Source: Naegleria gruberi
Lineage: Eukaryota
Direction: 5' to 3' (one strand)
Assembly: GCA_000004985.1 (NCBI GenBank)
Contig: GG738912.1
DNA length: 64,000 nt
The position numbers were made by a program, and so were the translations under genes. Numbering within the stretch: the stretch's first letter is position 1; each line of letters begins with the position of its first letter. Below the pieces are notes generated by a model. It saw nothing but the letters and a program-made list of their open reading frames with translations. It searched no databases and was not told the origin of the DNA. Shown piece after piece: positions 44,614-54,703 of this stretch.

Positions 44614-44792
44614 TTTTTTTAAGATAAAATACCGGCTGGACTGGGTTAATGGAATGGAAATATATAAGGAAATAGATATAAATACACATGATGTACAATC
44701 ACTCTACTAGTGCAATAGGTAGAAAAATGTATTTGATGGATGTAAGATCACTGAAATAAAGAATCTGATAGTTCAAAAACAGTATCTGAGCT

Positions 44793-47700
44793 TTACTTTT
44801 TATTGAGCAATGAAAGCGAGGATAAAAGGGCAACACCAGTTTTTCTTTCCTCTCCGTATTTGAATTGTCTAGTTACAAGGTTGAGTCGTTGATGGAATTG
44901 TGACTTGAGGACAGCTCGTTGTTTGGCAGTGAGGAATCTTCTTCCAATTGCTTGAATTGTTGTGGTAGATGATAAAGTTTGTTCAGAAAATTGAGTGGTC
45001 TGTTTTCTTGTAAAGGAACCTCGCAGCAAACCTTGGATAGTTTGTAAATTCTCATTCTTGATGCTTAATTCAACTCTCGTTCTTGATCCCTCAATTGCTG
45101 ATCGAATAGTGAACACCTTATCCGTTATACTCTTGAGTGATTTGGCTTGTTGAATTTGTCTGACTCGGGCTTGCAATAGCGAAATACTACTCAGAGCAAA
45201 TTCAAATTCATTCCTCTTATTGTGACACATAAAGAGAAGAGCGACAGTGTTAGATAACTCCTTCATATCAGTGAGACTCCCTCTCGTTTCATGACCATAA
45301 TACAAGCTCTGAAGATAGTTGGCAGAGTCAGAGACAGTTCTGAAATCTTCATTGACAAATCGTCCTCTAATAATACTCTGCAATGCGTTAATATATTGAA
45401 TGTTGGTATTAAGATCTCTGATTGCAATCTGTTGTTGCATGAGTGATTGAATGGATTCTGTGAGTATTTGCATTTTTTTGAATTCTTGTCTTGTTTGATT
45501 GGCTCTGTAGAGGGCAATGATCATATTTCTAGAATCGAGTAGAGAATCTCTGTCCTCATTAAAAGATCTTTTCACTAGGTTTGACCTGAAAAAGGTCTGA
45601 ATGACAATTAGTCCGCTCATTTTCATATCTCTTTGTTTGAGAGTTGTGAAAGTTCTCACCCTTGATTGAAAGATTTTCATATCTTTCTTTTTCTGATATG
45701 TTTTGAGAATGGTAGTCTTTCTTTCCAATAAGGATTGTAAAACAGTGGCCAGAGTGATAGACTTGCTAAAAGATCTTCTTGCAAGTTGCGATTTGAAGAG
45801 AGCTTGAATGATAGCAATATTTTCTCTGGTTTTTTCAATTCTTCTTTCTTCAGACATTCTATGGACAATAGATTGAATTGTTTTGATGGATTCGGTTGTG
45901 GTGGACGATTGTCTCCTGGTAGAAATTCCATGTAAGCGAGTTGTGACAATTTGAACTTTGGTCATAGAATTTGCATATTGTTTTCTAACTAGACTGGAAC
46001 TCATGAAGGTTGAAATTAAATCCATTTGAGAGGATATTCTTTCGAAAGTCTTCAATGCTAGTTGTTTTCTGCACAAGGACTGAATGTGAGTGAGAGAATT
46101 GATAACTTCTTCTCTACTGGTTCTCGCAGAATATCCTCTTGATGCAGCTTGGAGAGTACCAACACGTTGTAATTGATTTTCATGATTTTTCCTATCTGTA
46201 TTTCCTCTGGCAGCATTTTGAATTATAGTAATTGAATAGTATCTCCTTTCGTTTTGGTATTCTTGTTGAATTGAACGGCTTCTACAGACAGCTTGTAAAT
46301 TAAGAATATGCTTTTCGATACGTGATCTTGTGGAGAGTTGAATGAACCCCTTAGCAAATGATGTGAAAATCTGCAATCTCTCCTGTTCAAGGGTGGTTGC
46401 ATTTCTTTGACTTATGCCATTCCATAAAGATTGAAGTAAAATGACTTGATTGATAGAAGTAGCTTTTTCGTCTTTGGCTTGTTTTCTTCTTAATAGTGAT
46501 TGAAGAGCACTAACGTCTTGAATAGCTTCAGCATTTTCCCTACGTTTGTATTTACCTTGAAAAGCTGCTTGGATGGTGACTAAATCATGTTGAGCTCTTT
46601 CATAACCAGATCTCACAAGGACTCCTTTGGCAAGAGCATGTACATACTTGGTAAATGTTTGGAGTGCATGTATGTTTGATCTTTCCTTGTTTGCTCTCAC
46701 TAATGCTTGAATCATTTGAGTGGCATTCCTATCAATAGGAGAATAATTGTTCTTTTTAGATGATTTGTTTCTAATCAAAGCTTGCAAGACAATAATCTTG
46801 TTAAGGGTTTGATTTTTCAACATGTTGATATTTCTAGAATTAGCCAGTGCTTGTAGAGAAATTAAATCTGAAATGTGTTGCTTTCTGCTCTGTTCTTCAG
46901 CTTTTCTCCTTACCAATGCTTGCAATACTATGATACCAGAACAATCCATGTGAGTCGTGCTTCCTCTTAAAAAGGCTTGAATTATTGTTATATTTTCTAG
47001 TTGCTTTGATTCTATGTTTTGCATTGCAGAGGATCTACATCTAGCTTGTATTGCTAATACTGCATTCTTGGATATTTCAAACTCTGCTCTTGTAAATCTA
47101 TTTCTGATTAGTGACTGGATAATTTCAATATTGTTTAAGGAGTTTTTTACCAATAGTCTGGTCTTATTTCCTCTAAGGAAGGCACAAACCATTGAACTTG
47201 AACTAGTTTGTTTATCCAATTTCTTTTGTACTATTTTTGATCTTATTAATGATTCCAAAGTTTCCAATCTTTTCAAATCCAATTTCATCTTGGCAGCTTC
47301 AGATGATTTCCTAATAGTACTTTGAAGATTGGTAACAAATGCCATGCTGGTTTGAGCTAGTCTTCTTTCCATGCCTGATTGTATTAATGCATGAATAAGA
47401 TGAACACTCTCAATAGGGGATGCATGTTCAGTCCTTTCCTTGTGAGAAATTATTAAATTTTGTATCATGGAGACTGCTTCAAGTTGGTTAAGTTTGCTGG
47501 CAACTGTTGAGCTTGATCTAAAAGCAGATTGAATGGTAATAATTTGATTCTGCATGCGATTTCTACTAGTTCTTTCTGTATTACCTTGTAGCAAGGCATG
47601 CAATAGATTCACTCCACCTCTAATTTTTTGTTCATTAAACTTCCTGATAGTGGCTTGAGCAACAACCAACTTTTGAATATAAACCCTGCCATGGGAATTG

Positions 47701-50700
47701 TTCCTAACAATATGTCCTCTAATAAGAGCTTGCAAACTTGAAATTCGCTGCTTTTCACTCTCCAAACTAGCAGACACAAGGTTGGATCTTGCTGCTGATT
47801 GTATAATTTGAATTTGTTCCATCAATTTAAGCTTGACTTCTCTTTCTATGCATCCTTGGTTTAGTGTTTGAACAATTGTGGCAACATCTCTAAAAGCAGA
47901 CATTTGGAGCTTTTCAACCAGAGATTTTCCAAGTGATTGAAAGGTCAAAATAGCATCTTTTTGTCTACCATCGTTGACCCTTGTAAAGTGGCCAACTACA
48001 GCGCTTTGTATTATCTTGGTATTTCTGATTGCCTTCTCGGTTTCCCTACATTTCAAGAATCTCCTGACCAAAGATTGCATTATTTCCACCAAGTCCCTTG
48101 TTAAGTAAAAGGTTTGCCTTAATGATCTACCTTTAAAAAAAGATGCAAGGGTATTACTATCCTCAAAACGGTTCCTTACCAGAGCTGACTGTAACAAGGT
48201 TGAAATAATATCTATTTTGGACTTTTCTTGTTCCGCTAATCGCCTTGTGTTGAATGACCTAGCACTCAATGAAAGGATAGAAATCATGTCCAAATGAGCT
48301 TGTTTGCTTGTCATTACATGTTTTCCTCTGATTGCACTCTGAATTACAAGCACTTTGGTTAATTGATACATGTCCACATGGTTATTTCCACGTCCTCTGA
48401 AGAAGGCCTGAATATTAGTGATACTATCATGTACATGTGAAAAATTCTTCCTTTCCAAATATCCTCTAATGAGAGCTTGCTGAGTGTTGATGTGGTTTTT
48501 GGTAGGTTGTAGATTTTTTCTCTCATCTCTTCCTCTCATGCTAGATTGCAAATTGATGATGTAAATTGTGTACTGTTCATGTTGTGCACGTAGCGTGTGA
48601 GAAAGAATGAGAGATTGTAAAATCTTGATGTTGTTGATGCATGTTTCCGATTGTTTTCTATTGATGTATGCTCTTCCGAATGTTTCAACTAAAAGAGAAG
48701 AGTCAATCAAGTCCTGATGTTCCTTCAACTTTGCATGTCCTCTTACCACAGCTTGAACATATTTGGTGTTGTTTGAAAGGGTTGAAAGGTGAGCCTTTTC
48801 CAATTTGCTTCTTATACGAGCTTGTAAAGTTTTGATCTTGTTCAATTCATTGATGAAATCTCCTCTACAGAAAGAGGATTGTAAAAAACCTTGTACGATT
48901 TGAACATTTTCTACATTTTCAATAAATTTGTTCTCTGTCAATTGTCTTCGGGAAAGTGATTGAATAACAGTAACATATTCATTAACACTGCTTTCTATTT
49001 TCCTGGCTATAAAACCACGTACCGAAGCTTGAAGAGTCAAAATGTTATAGTGGTTATGTCTAAAGGATTTGATTTCATTCTTTTTACGAATGTTGGATTG
49101 CACCAACAATACGTTATTCATTTGTTTCTCTTGTTCTTGAGTTATTAAAAAGGTCTTGACTCTTGCCTGAAGAGTTATTATTAAACTCTTATTTTGTGAA
49201 AATTCCTTTCGTGCAAAGTTTCCAAATAAAACAGATTGGGTATTCACTAAATCTTCTCTTCTGGCAGATAAATCTTTTCTTGTGAGATAAGATCTAGCTG
49301 CAGTTTGAATCATTCTCAAGTTCGCAACACTGTTTCTAAACAAGCATCTTGTTTCGAATGTCCTTAAAAGTGCCTGAGTAAAACAGATTCTAATTAGTTC
49401 ATTCTTATGCTCCAAACGTTGCACATGACCTTTCATGAGAGAACCTAATATATTTGAGCTTTCAGTTGTGTGTTTAACAAGTTGATTTTCAATTTTTCCT
49501 TGATATAATGTTTGAATTTGATGGGCCAAATTAATTTTAACTTGAAAACCACGTCTAGTCTGTACGCCTCGCAGCCATGATTGTATAGTCGAAACCTTTC
49601 GTTGAGTTTGGTGCATCAATGAACGGTTTAGCTTCCCTGAGAAAGACGCTTGAATACTATTGATGGCATTAATTCGATGCTTCAAATCAATTCTTCCCAA
49701 ATGTCCCTTGATTGAATGCTGTAAAGTTTGAACAGCATTTTGCAAGGAATGCTTATTTACTTGCTCCAATGTGCCTCTTGCTCTTGACTGAATTAGATGG
49801 GCAGCATTTCTCGTATCATAAAATTTCATCTGTCCACTGTGGCCACGAGCCAAAGAGGTCAAGAGAAGTGCCTTATCTAAATCCGTGCAAGCTTGCGAAG
49901 CGGTATTAATGCTCCTTAATAGAGTTTGAAGAAGCAACACACCCTTTTTAAGATCTGTATATTCCTTCCTTCTTGCGACAGCGTCAATTAAAGTTTGTAG
50001 GACAAGCACGTCCGATTTATACCTTTGGACTACCTTTTGTTGTTCTAGTCCACGACCATTGGCTTGAAGAAGGGAAGCAACTTGCACATATTGAGATAGG
50101 TCCTTTCTTACAAATAAAGATCTTGAAACAGGTTGAACAAGGATAGCAACGTGTTTCTTCTTTTTAAAGTCTAGGAATACCTTTCTTGCACAACAAACAG
50201 ATTGAATTAAAGTGGATGCATTCAACGCTGAATCTTTGAATTTCTGAATCAATTTGGCTCTTATAAGCGATTGTACAAGTGTAATTCTATTACATTGTTC
50301 TTTAAAGGTTGTACGAGCATTGAAACCCCTGATTGCACTATCCATAATCAAACATTTTGAATTCAAAGATTTTCTGTTTCGGTATTCGATAAATCTTCTG
50401 GAAAGCGTTTGAATGGTAGTAATGTCATTGATTAGATGGTTCAAATTGGATTGGCATTGCTTGACCCTTATCAAGGTCTGTATTGCTTGGATATTAGAAA
50501 TTTCCTTAGAGGAGTCTTGTTTCAAAAGTATTCTCCTGATCAATGCCTGAAGTAATGGAATGGATTCACTAGTGGTTTGATATTTCTTTCTCTGATTGCA
50601 TCCTAGTATCGTAGATTGAATTACTTTGATATTTTCCATAGAAAGAGTAAAGCATTTAGCTTGTTGTCCAGCTCTGAATAATCCTTGGATTACTACAGCA

Positions 50701-53700
50701 GAGTCCAAACTTGTTGTGAGATTAGTTCTTTCCAATCTTCCAACTAATGCTGCATTGAATAGATGAGCCAAATTTCGGAGCAATTGCAGGTTTTTCCTAC
50801 TAACATTAGAAGACATCATAGCTTGCAAAACCTCAATTGAGGAGGAGAAGATTACCATTTCCTGCCTGTCAGAAGAACCCTTGATGGATGCTTGCAGAGT
50901 GAGTAAAAAATTCTCCAATTGGCTCACTTCCTTCATTGCTGCTCTTCCTCTAACAAGACTTTGAAGCAATATTATCCTACTTGTCAAAACCGAACGAGAA
51001 TGTTTAACTGATAATGCCTTGGAAAGAGCTGTAAATATTTCGGATCTATCCAATTCGAATCTATAAATTTGTCCTTCTCCTTTGCCTCTGCAAAAGCTTT
51101 GCATTATCTGTATGGCTTCCTTCTTCGATTGTAAATCTTTTTGCTTATGATGTCTCCTTACAAGTGACTGTAAAGTAATGATTTGTTGAATATTGTGTCT
51201 TGTGAAGGAGACTAATAATCTAGACCTTGAAATAGACTGAAGAATTACAATTTGTTGAATATTCTTTGCAAAACAACCTCTTTCAAGTTTTGATCTGGAG
51301 AGCGATTGAATACATTCCAAGTTCAACTTGTTAGAATTGAAATCTTCTTGTTGGTATCTTCTTCTGTGCCAAGTTTGAACGGTGAGAGCAGTAACCCTCA
51401 TCAGATTGAATGTCTCTCTGATTCTATTAGACTCGCACAACACTGCAATGTTTGAAAGGGCTTGAGTCCTGAACACCTCAAAGGCAAAGAGTGAACAAAC
51501 TCTAATTAACTCTGCATCCTCGACAAGTCTTTGGTCTTCCATGATTTCGTCCTCCTCTCCAAAATAAGGTCTCATTCTCGGTATTTCACAATTGTCAGGA
51601 TAGCAATCATAATTAAATCTAACTACAGCCTCCATGAACTCGATAATGAAAAGTGGAATATACTTGAAATCAAGTGGGAATAGCCGTATTTCGTTCAAGT
51701 ATGGGAAGAGTTGTACTTGAACCCATATCAACAAAAGGGGAACCGTAGATTTTGCATCTTCTTCTACCACCTCATCTACCTTTTTGCTTGTTGTCGAATA
51801 GTAATGTTCATTCATTTTGGTGAGAACGGATTTAAGTTTTTCTCCATCATAGTGAACCAGTAGAGCTTCGTGGAAAATGTGTGAGAGAGGGTGTTCATCT
51901 CCAATTTTCATCAATGACTTGTAATTTTCCACATACTTTTCTGCATCTTCGATTGATATCTTTTCAGAAATCAAGTCAACTATACCTCTAACATTATCAC
52001 CTCTAGGATCTAATTTTTCAATTTCCTTTCTCAAAATTGCTGGGGTTAGTTTGGATTTAATCTTATCCAAAGAAGTAGGTTCCTCTGGGAATTGTATTCC
52101 TTCTTCATCTGAAATTTTTTCAATTTCCGATTGGTCTGATGATGACTCTCTGCCATGTCTCTTCAGTGGAGGTTCTTCATAATTTGCCAGAGATTCTAAG
52201 GATGTAACCTTAGCCATATCAGTGGATGTTGGTGTTGAAGGAGTTTTTGCCTTTTTGGCAAACTTGTTGAAAAAACTTTTGATTTTTTCACTTTTTGTCT
52301 TTTTTCTTTCTAATAGTTGACTACTTGTCAATGCTATTTGCGTATTACTATATGTTGATTCATCATCATCAAGTGTATCCAAACTCTGTCCTACAGAACG
52401 GCTGAAATTATTGTTTCTTGCTGGTGCTGATGCAACAGAAAATGCAGTGAAATTACTGTGAGAAGAAATTGTATCAAAAAGATCATCCCTTTCCACAGAT
52501 CCCTTCCCATCCATTAGACTGATTTTAAATGATTTGGATATATTCATGGCTTGAGATCTTCTGACTGGACTCTTTGGAGTTGTTGAGCCAGAAGCTTTTT
52601 CAGCCAGCTCTGAAAAATTGACACCCTTTCTTCTTTTCTGAGACAAATCTTTGTGTACTCCATTAAATTCTGTCAACTTGACTAGAACTTCACTCACCTC
52701 ACTATTAACATGAGAATGGGTTGTGGTTGTACTTATTTGAGAGGCAAAGGTGTGAGTATATTGTGAATATTGAGATTCTTCTGGTGATACAGGTGTTGCT
52801 GTTTCCTTCTTTTTTCTTTTTAATTTTGTAATTATGGAAGGCAACTTTCCTAGTAGAGATTTTGATCTTCCTTTCGTGGTTTCCTTTGTTATTGGAACTA
52901 CTATAGAGGGAACAACAACTAGAGGTCCTTGAAAATTATTGTTTGCTGATGCTGATGTATTACTGGTACCAGTATGATTAGGTGTATTTCCACTAGAAAT
53001 ATCCGATGTATTCATATCATCAAAATCATTGTCAGATTCATTCTCCTCTCCTTGCATATCATTCTCTGTAATATCATCAAATGATGCTCCATACACTCTA
53101 TTGCCATGTTGAACATTTTGAGTTGATGGTGTAATGCTGGATGCACTTGGTGGTGGTGAGGGTCTTCCTCTTGGTGAAAATTCATTCCTTGGAGAACGAC
53201 CATTTGGCATGATTGACCTAGGTGATAATAAGTTACCTCCTCTCGGAGTGTATAAATTGTGAGCTAGTGAATGTGATCGATGTGTACGACCACCACTCTT
53301 GGATGAAGATGTTGTAGATGCAAGTGAACTCTTATTTGAATTATTTCTAAATCTACCAACAGGTCTATTCTGTACAGGTGGTTTACTAATTACTATGGCT
53401 ACAGGTGTGGAGGAATTAATTGATGGTGAATTATCGCTATTATTGTTGGTTTGTTTACTCGATGTTACTAAATTATTCGAATAGATTATTACTCCTCCTC
53501 CATTAGTTGAAGAAGTACTTGTTCCATTCTGATTATTAGGTATTTGTCTATAGAAGGAAGAAGATGAATGTAGGGATGTATTGCTATTATTGTTACTATT
53601 ATTGAAAAGGGATGCTGGATTGGAATTTTGAATGGCAGAAAGTTTTAACTGGGGAATGACAGCAGGTACTCTTTTCGAGGAAGTAGAAGAGAAGGTAGAT

Positions 53701-54275
53701 GCATTAGGTGGAGTGGATGGAGAAATTGGTGAAAAGGTCGTGTTATTACTTCCCTGAAGATGATGAAGATTTGAGGCAAAATTGGGACTTGATGACTGAG
53801 AACGATGTCTTGGTGATAATGTCGATGATGAAGACAATGAATTGGCAAGTGATAAATTAGAAGAACCCACATTCCGTAAAACTGAAGAAGCCGAAAGTAT
53901 TCCTCCTCCTACTCCTCCTGGTGAATTCGAGTTATCCAAACATTGACTATTACCTATCGATAATTGACCTCCATTATTATTATTATTACTAATAATATTA
54001 TTATTAATCGAAGCAGCAATCAATCCTCCAATATTATTATTATTATTATCCATAATACTATTATTTAAATTAATTGTTCCTTGTTGTTGCACACTTGTCG
54101 GCGATGATACAACAACAGATGCAGATGCACCTCCTCCTCCTCCCTGAGCAGACGAAGAAATACTTCCATTGAAAAGAACATTTTGTGCAGCTGCTGATGA
54201 TGATAAATTGGCGGCGGGAAGTAAATCTTGATGGAGGCGGGAAGTGATTTTTTCGGGATTTATCGAATTTCCCAT
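44793..54275 (-). CDS. Giant IQ-motif array protein (3,160 aa): low-complexity N-terminus, ~300-aa globular region, then ~2,100 aa of tandem IQ-like calmodulin-binding motifs to the C-terminus (ASPM-like array)
   Basis: Single uninterrupted ORF. From about residue 1,000 the pattern [ILV]Q..[ILVF]R[GRSKA]....[RK] recurs every 23-27 residues, e.g. IQSLVRG, LQALIRR, IQSAIRGK, IQALVRANK. I estimate on the order of 80-90 copies by eye. Confidence 0.8.
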   Translation of the reverse strand: MGNSINPEKITSRLHQDLLPAANLSSSAAAQNVLFNGSISSSAQGGGGGASASVVVSSPTSVQQQGTINLNNSIMDNNNNNIGGLIAASINNNIISNNNNNGGQLSIGNSQCLDNSNSPGGVGGGILSASSVLRNVGSSNLSLANSLSSSSTLSPRHRSQSSSPNFASNLHHLQGSNNTTFSPISPSTPPNASTFSSTSSKRVPAVIPQLKLSAIQNSNPASLFNNSNNNSNTSLHSSSSFYRQIPNNQNGTSTSSTNGGGVIIYSNNLVTSSKQTNNNSDNSPSINSSTPVAIVISKPPVQNRPVGRFRNNSNKSSLASTTSSSKSGGRTHRSHSLAHNLYTPRGGNLLSPRSIMPNGRSPRNEFSPRGRPSPPPSASSITPSTQNVQHGNRVYGASFDDITENDMQGEENESDNDFDDMNTSDISSGNTPNHTGTSNTSASANNNFQGPLVVVPSIVVPITKETTKGRSKSLLGKLPSIITKLKRKKKETATPVSPEESQYSQYTHTFASQISTTTTHSHVNSEVSEVLVKLTEFNGVHKDLSQKRRKGVNFSELAEKASGSTTPKSPVRRSQAMNISKSFKISLMDGKGSVERDDLFDTISSHSNFTAFSVASAPARNNNFSRSVGQSLDTLDDDESTYSNTQIALTSSQLLERKKTKSEKIKSFFNKFAKKAKTPSTPTSTDMAKVTSLESLANYEEPPLKRHGRESSSDQSEIEKISDEEGIQFPEEPTSLDKIKSKLTPAILRKEIEKLDPRGDNVRGIVDLISEKISIEDAEKYVENYKSLMKIGDEHPLSHIFHEALLVHYDGEKLKSVLTKMNEHYYSTTSKKVDEVVEEDAKSTVPLLLIWVQVQLFPYLNEIRLFPLDFKYIPLFIIEFMEAVVRFNYDCYPDNCEIPRMRPYFGEEDEIMEDQRLVEDAELIRVCSLFAFEVFRTQALSNIAVLCESNRIRETFNLMRVTALTVQTWHRRRYQQEDFNSNKLNLECIQSLSRSKLERGCFAKNIQQIVILQSISRSRLLVSFTRHNIQQIITLQSLVRRHHKQKDLQSKKEAIQIMQSFCRGKGEGQIYRFELDRSEIFTALSKALSVKHSRSVLTSRIILLQSLVRGRAAMKEVSQLENFLLTLQASIKGSSDRQEMVIFSSSIEVLQAMMSSNVSRKNLQLLRNLAHLFNAALVGRLERTNLTTSLDSAVVIQGLFRAGQQAKCFTLSMENIKVIQSTILGCNQRKKYQTTSESIPLLQALIRRILLKQDSSKEISNIQAIQTLIRVKQCQSNLNHLINDITTIQTLSRRFIEYRNRKSLNSKCLIMDSAIRGFNARTTFKEQCNRITLVQSLIRAKLIQKFKDSALNASTLIQSVCCARKVFLDFKKKKHVAILVQPVSRSLFVRKDLSQYVQVASLLQANGRGLEQQKVVQRYKSDVLVLQTLIDAVARRKEYTDLKKGVLLLQTLLRSINTASQACTDLDKALLLTSLARGHSGQMKFYDTRNAAHLIQSRARGTLEQVNKHSLQNAVQTLQHSIKGHLGRIDLKHRINAINSIQASFSGKLNRSLMHQTQRKVSTIQSWLRGVQTRRGFQVKINLAHQIQTLYQGKIENQLVKHTTESSNILGSLMKGHVQRLEHKNELIRICFTQALLRTFETRCLFRNSVANLRMIQTAARSYLTRKDLSARREDLVNTQSVLFGNFARKEFSQNKSLIITLQARVKTFLITQEQEKQMNNVLLVQSNIRKKNEIKSFRHNHYNILTLQASVRGFIARKIESSVNEYVTVIQSLSRRQLTENKFIENVENVQIVQGFLQSSFCRGDFINELNKIKTLQARIRSKLEKAHLSTLSNNTKYVQAVVRGHAKLKEHQDLIDSSLLVETFGRAYINRKQSETCINNIKILQSLILSHTLRAQHEQYTIYIINLQSSMRGRDERKNLQPTKNHINTQQALIRGYLERKNFSHVHDSITNIQAFFRGRGNNHVDMYQLTKVLVIQSAIRGKHVMTSKQAHLDMISILSLSARSFNTRRLAEQEKSKIDIISTLLQSALVRNRFEDSNTLASFFKGRSLRQTFYLTRDLVEIMQSLVRRFLKCRETEKAIRNTKIIQSAVVGHFTRVNDGRQKDAILTFQSLGKSLVEKLQMSAFRDVATIVQTLNQGCIEREVKLKLMEQIQIIQSAARSNLVSASLESEKQRISSLQALIRGHIVRNNSHGRVYIQKLVVAQATIRKFNEQKIRGGVNLLHALLQGNTERTSRNRMQNQIITIQSAFRSSSTVASKLNQLEAVSMIQNLIISHKERTEHASPIESVHLIHALIQSGMERRLAQTSMAFVTNLQSTIRKSSEAAKMKLDLKRLETLESLIRSKIVQKKLDKQTSSSSMVCAFLRGNKTRLLVKNSLNNIEIIQSLIRNRFTRAEFEISKNAVLAIQARCRSSAMQNIESKQLENITIIQAFLRGSTTHMDCSGIIVLQALVRRKAEEQSRKQHISDLISLQALANSRNINMLKNQTLNKIIVLQALIRNKSSKKNNYSPIDRNATQMIQALVRANKERSNIHALQTFTKYVHALAKGVLVRSGYERAQHDLVTIQAAFQGKYKRRENAEAIQDVSALQSLLRRKQAKDEKATSINQVILLQSLWNGISQRNATTLEQERLQIFTSFAKGFIQLSTRSRIEKHILNLQAVCRSRSIQQEYQNERRYYSITIIQNAARGNTDRKNHENQLQRVGTLQAASRGYSARTSREEVINSLTHIQSLCRKQLALKTFERISSQMDLISTFMSSSLVRKQYANSMTKVQIVTTRLHGISTRRQSSTTTESIKTIQSIVHRMSEERRIEKTRENIAIIQALFKSQLARRSFSKSITLATVLQSLLERKTTILKTYQKKKDMKIFQSRVRTFTTLKQRDMKMSGLIVIQTFFRSNLVKRSFNEDRDSLLDSRNMIIALYRANQTRQEFKKMQILTESIQSLMQQQIAIRDLNTNIQYINALQSIIRGRFVNEDFRTVSDSANYLQSLYYGHETRGSLTDMKELSNTVALLFMCHNKRNEFEFALSSISLLQARVRQIQQAKSLKSITDKVFTIRSAIEGSRTRVELSIKNENLQTIQGLLRGSFTRKQTTQFSEQTLSSTTTIQAIGRRFLTAKQRAVLKSQFHQRLNLVTRQFKYGEERKTGVALLSSLSLLNKK

Positions 54276-54703
54276 CTCTCTATGATTTCATACTAGGTGT
54301 TATGGGAGAGAGGCAGAGGCTTGGGAAGGGAGAGAACCAATTTGTTTTTTTGGTTTTGTGATGAGTGATAGCGCTTCTGCTTGATGTGTTGTTGTTGATG
54401 ATGAAAAAGTGGAAATTGATTGGCGAATTTTTTCAGAATGAATTTTGACAGGAGACTTCCGTACGTGTTGTTTGGCAGGTGGCTTTCAGATTGGGGTTGG
54501 ATCAGGTGAAAAGTTTGCGACTTCCATCTATGAGCAAAATTCTTGTTCCATGTTGATCAATATCAGGTTGACTTTAATTTTACAACCATTGTATTTCAAT
54601 ATTTGAATTCAGATTTACTCAAAAAGTTTTAGATTGAAACACGTTCTAGATAGAATTTCTGTCTTGAAAAATATAAATTAGTTTTATTAAGATTGAAAAT
54701 TAA

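Noticed and set aside
54251-54275. N-myristoylation signal at the start of the IQ-array protein (MGNSINP)
   Set aside because: Gly2 is present, but the residue after the S/T/N position is Pro. The consensus G-{EDRKHPFYW}-x-x-[STAGCN]-{P} excludes this.
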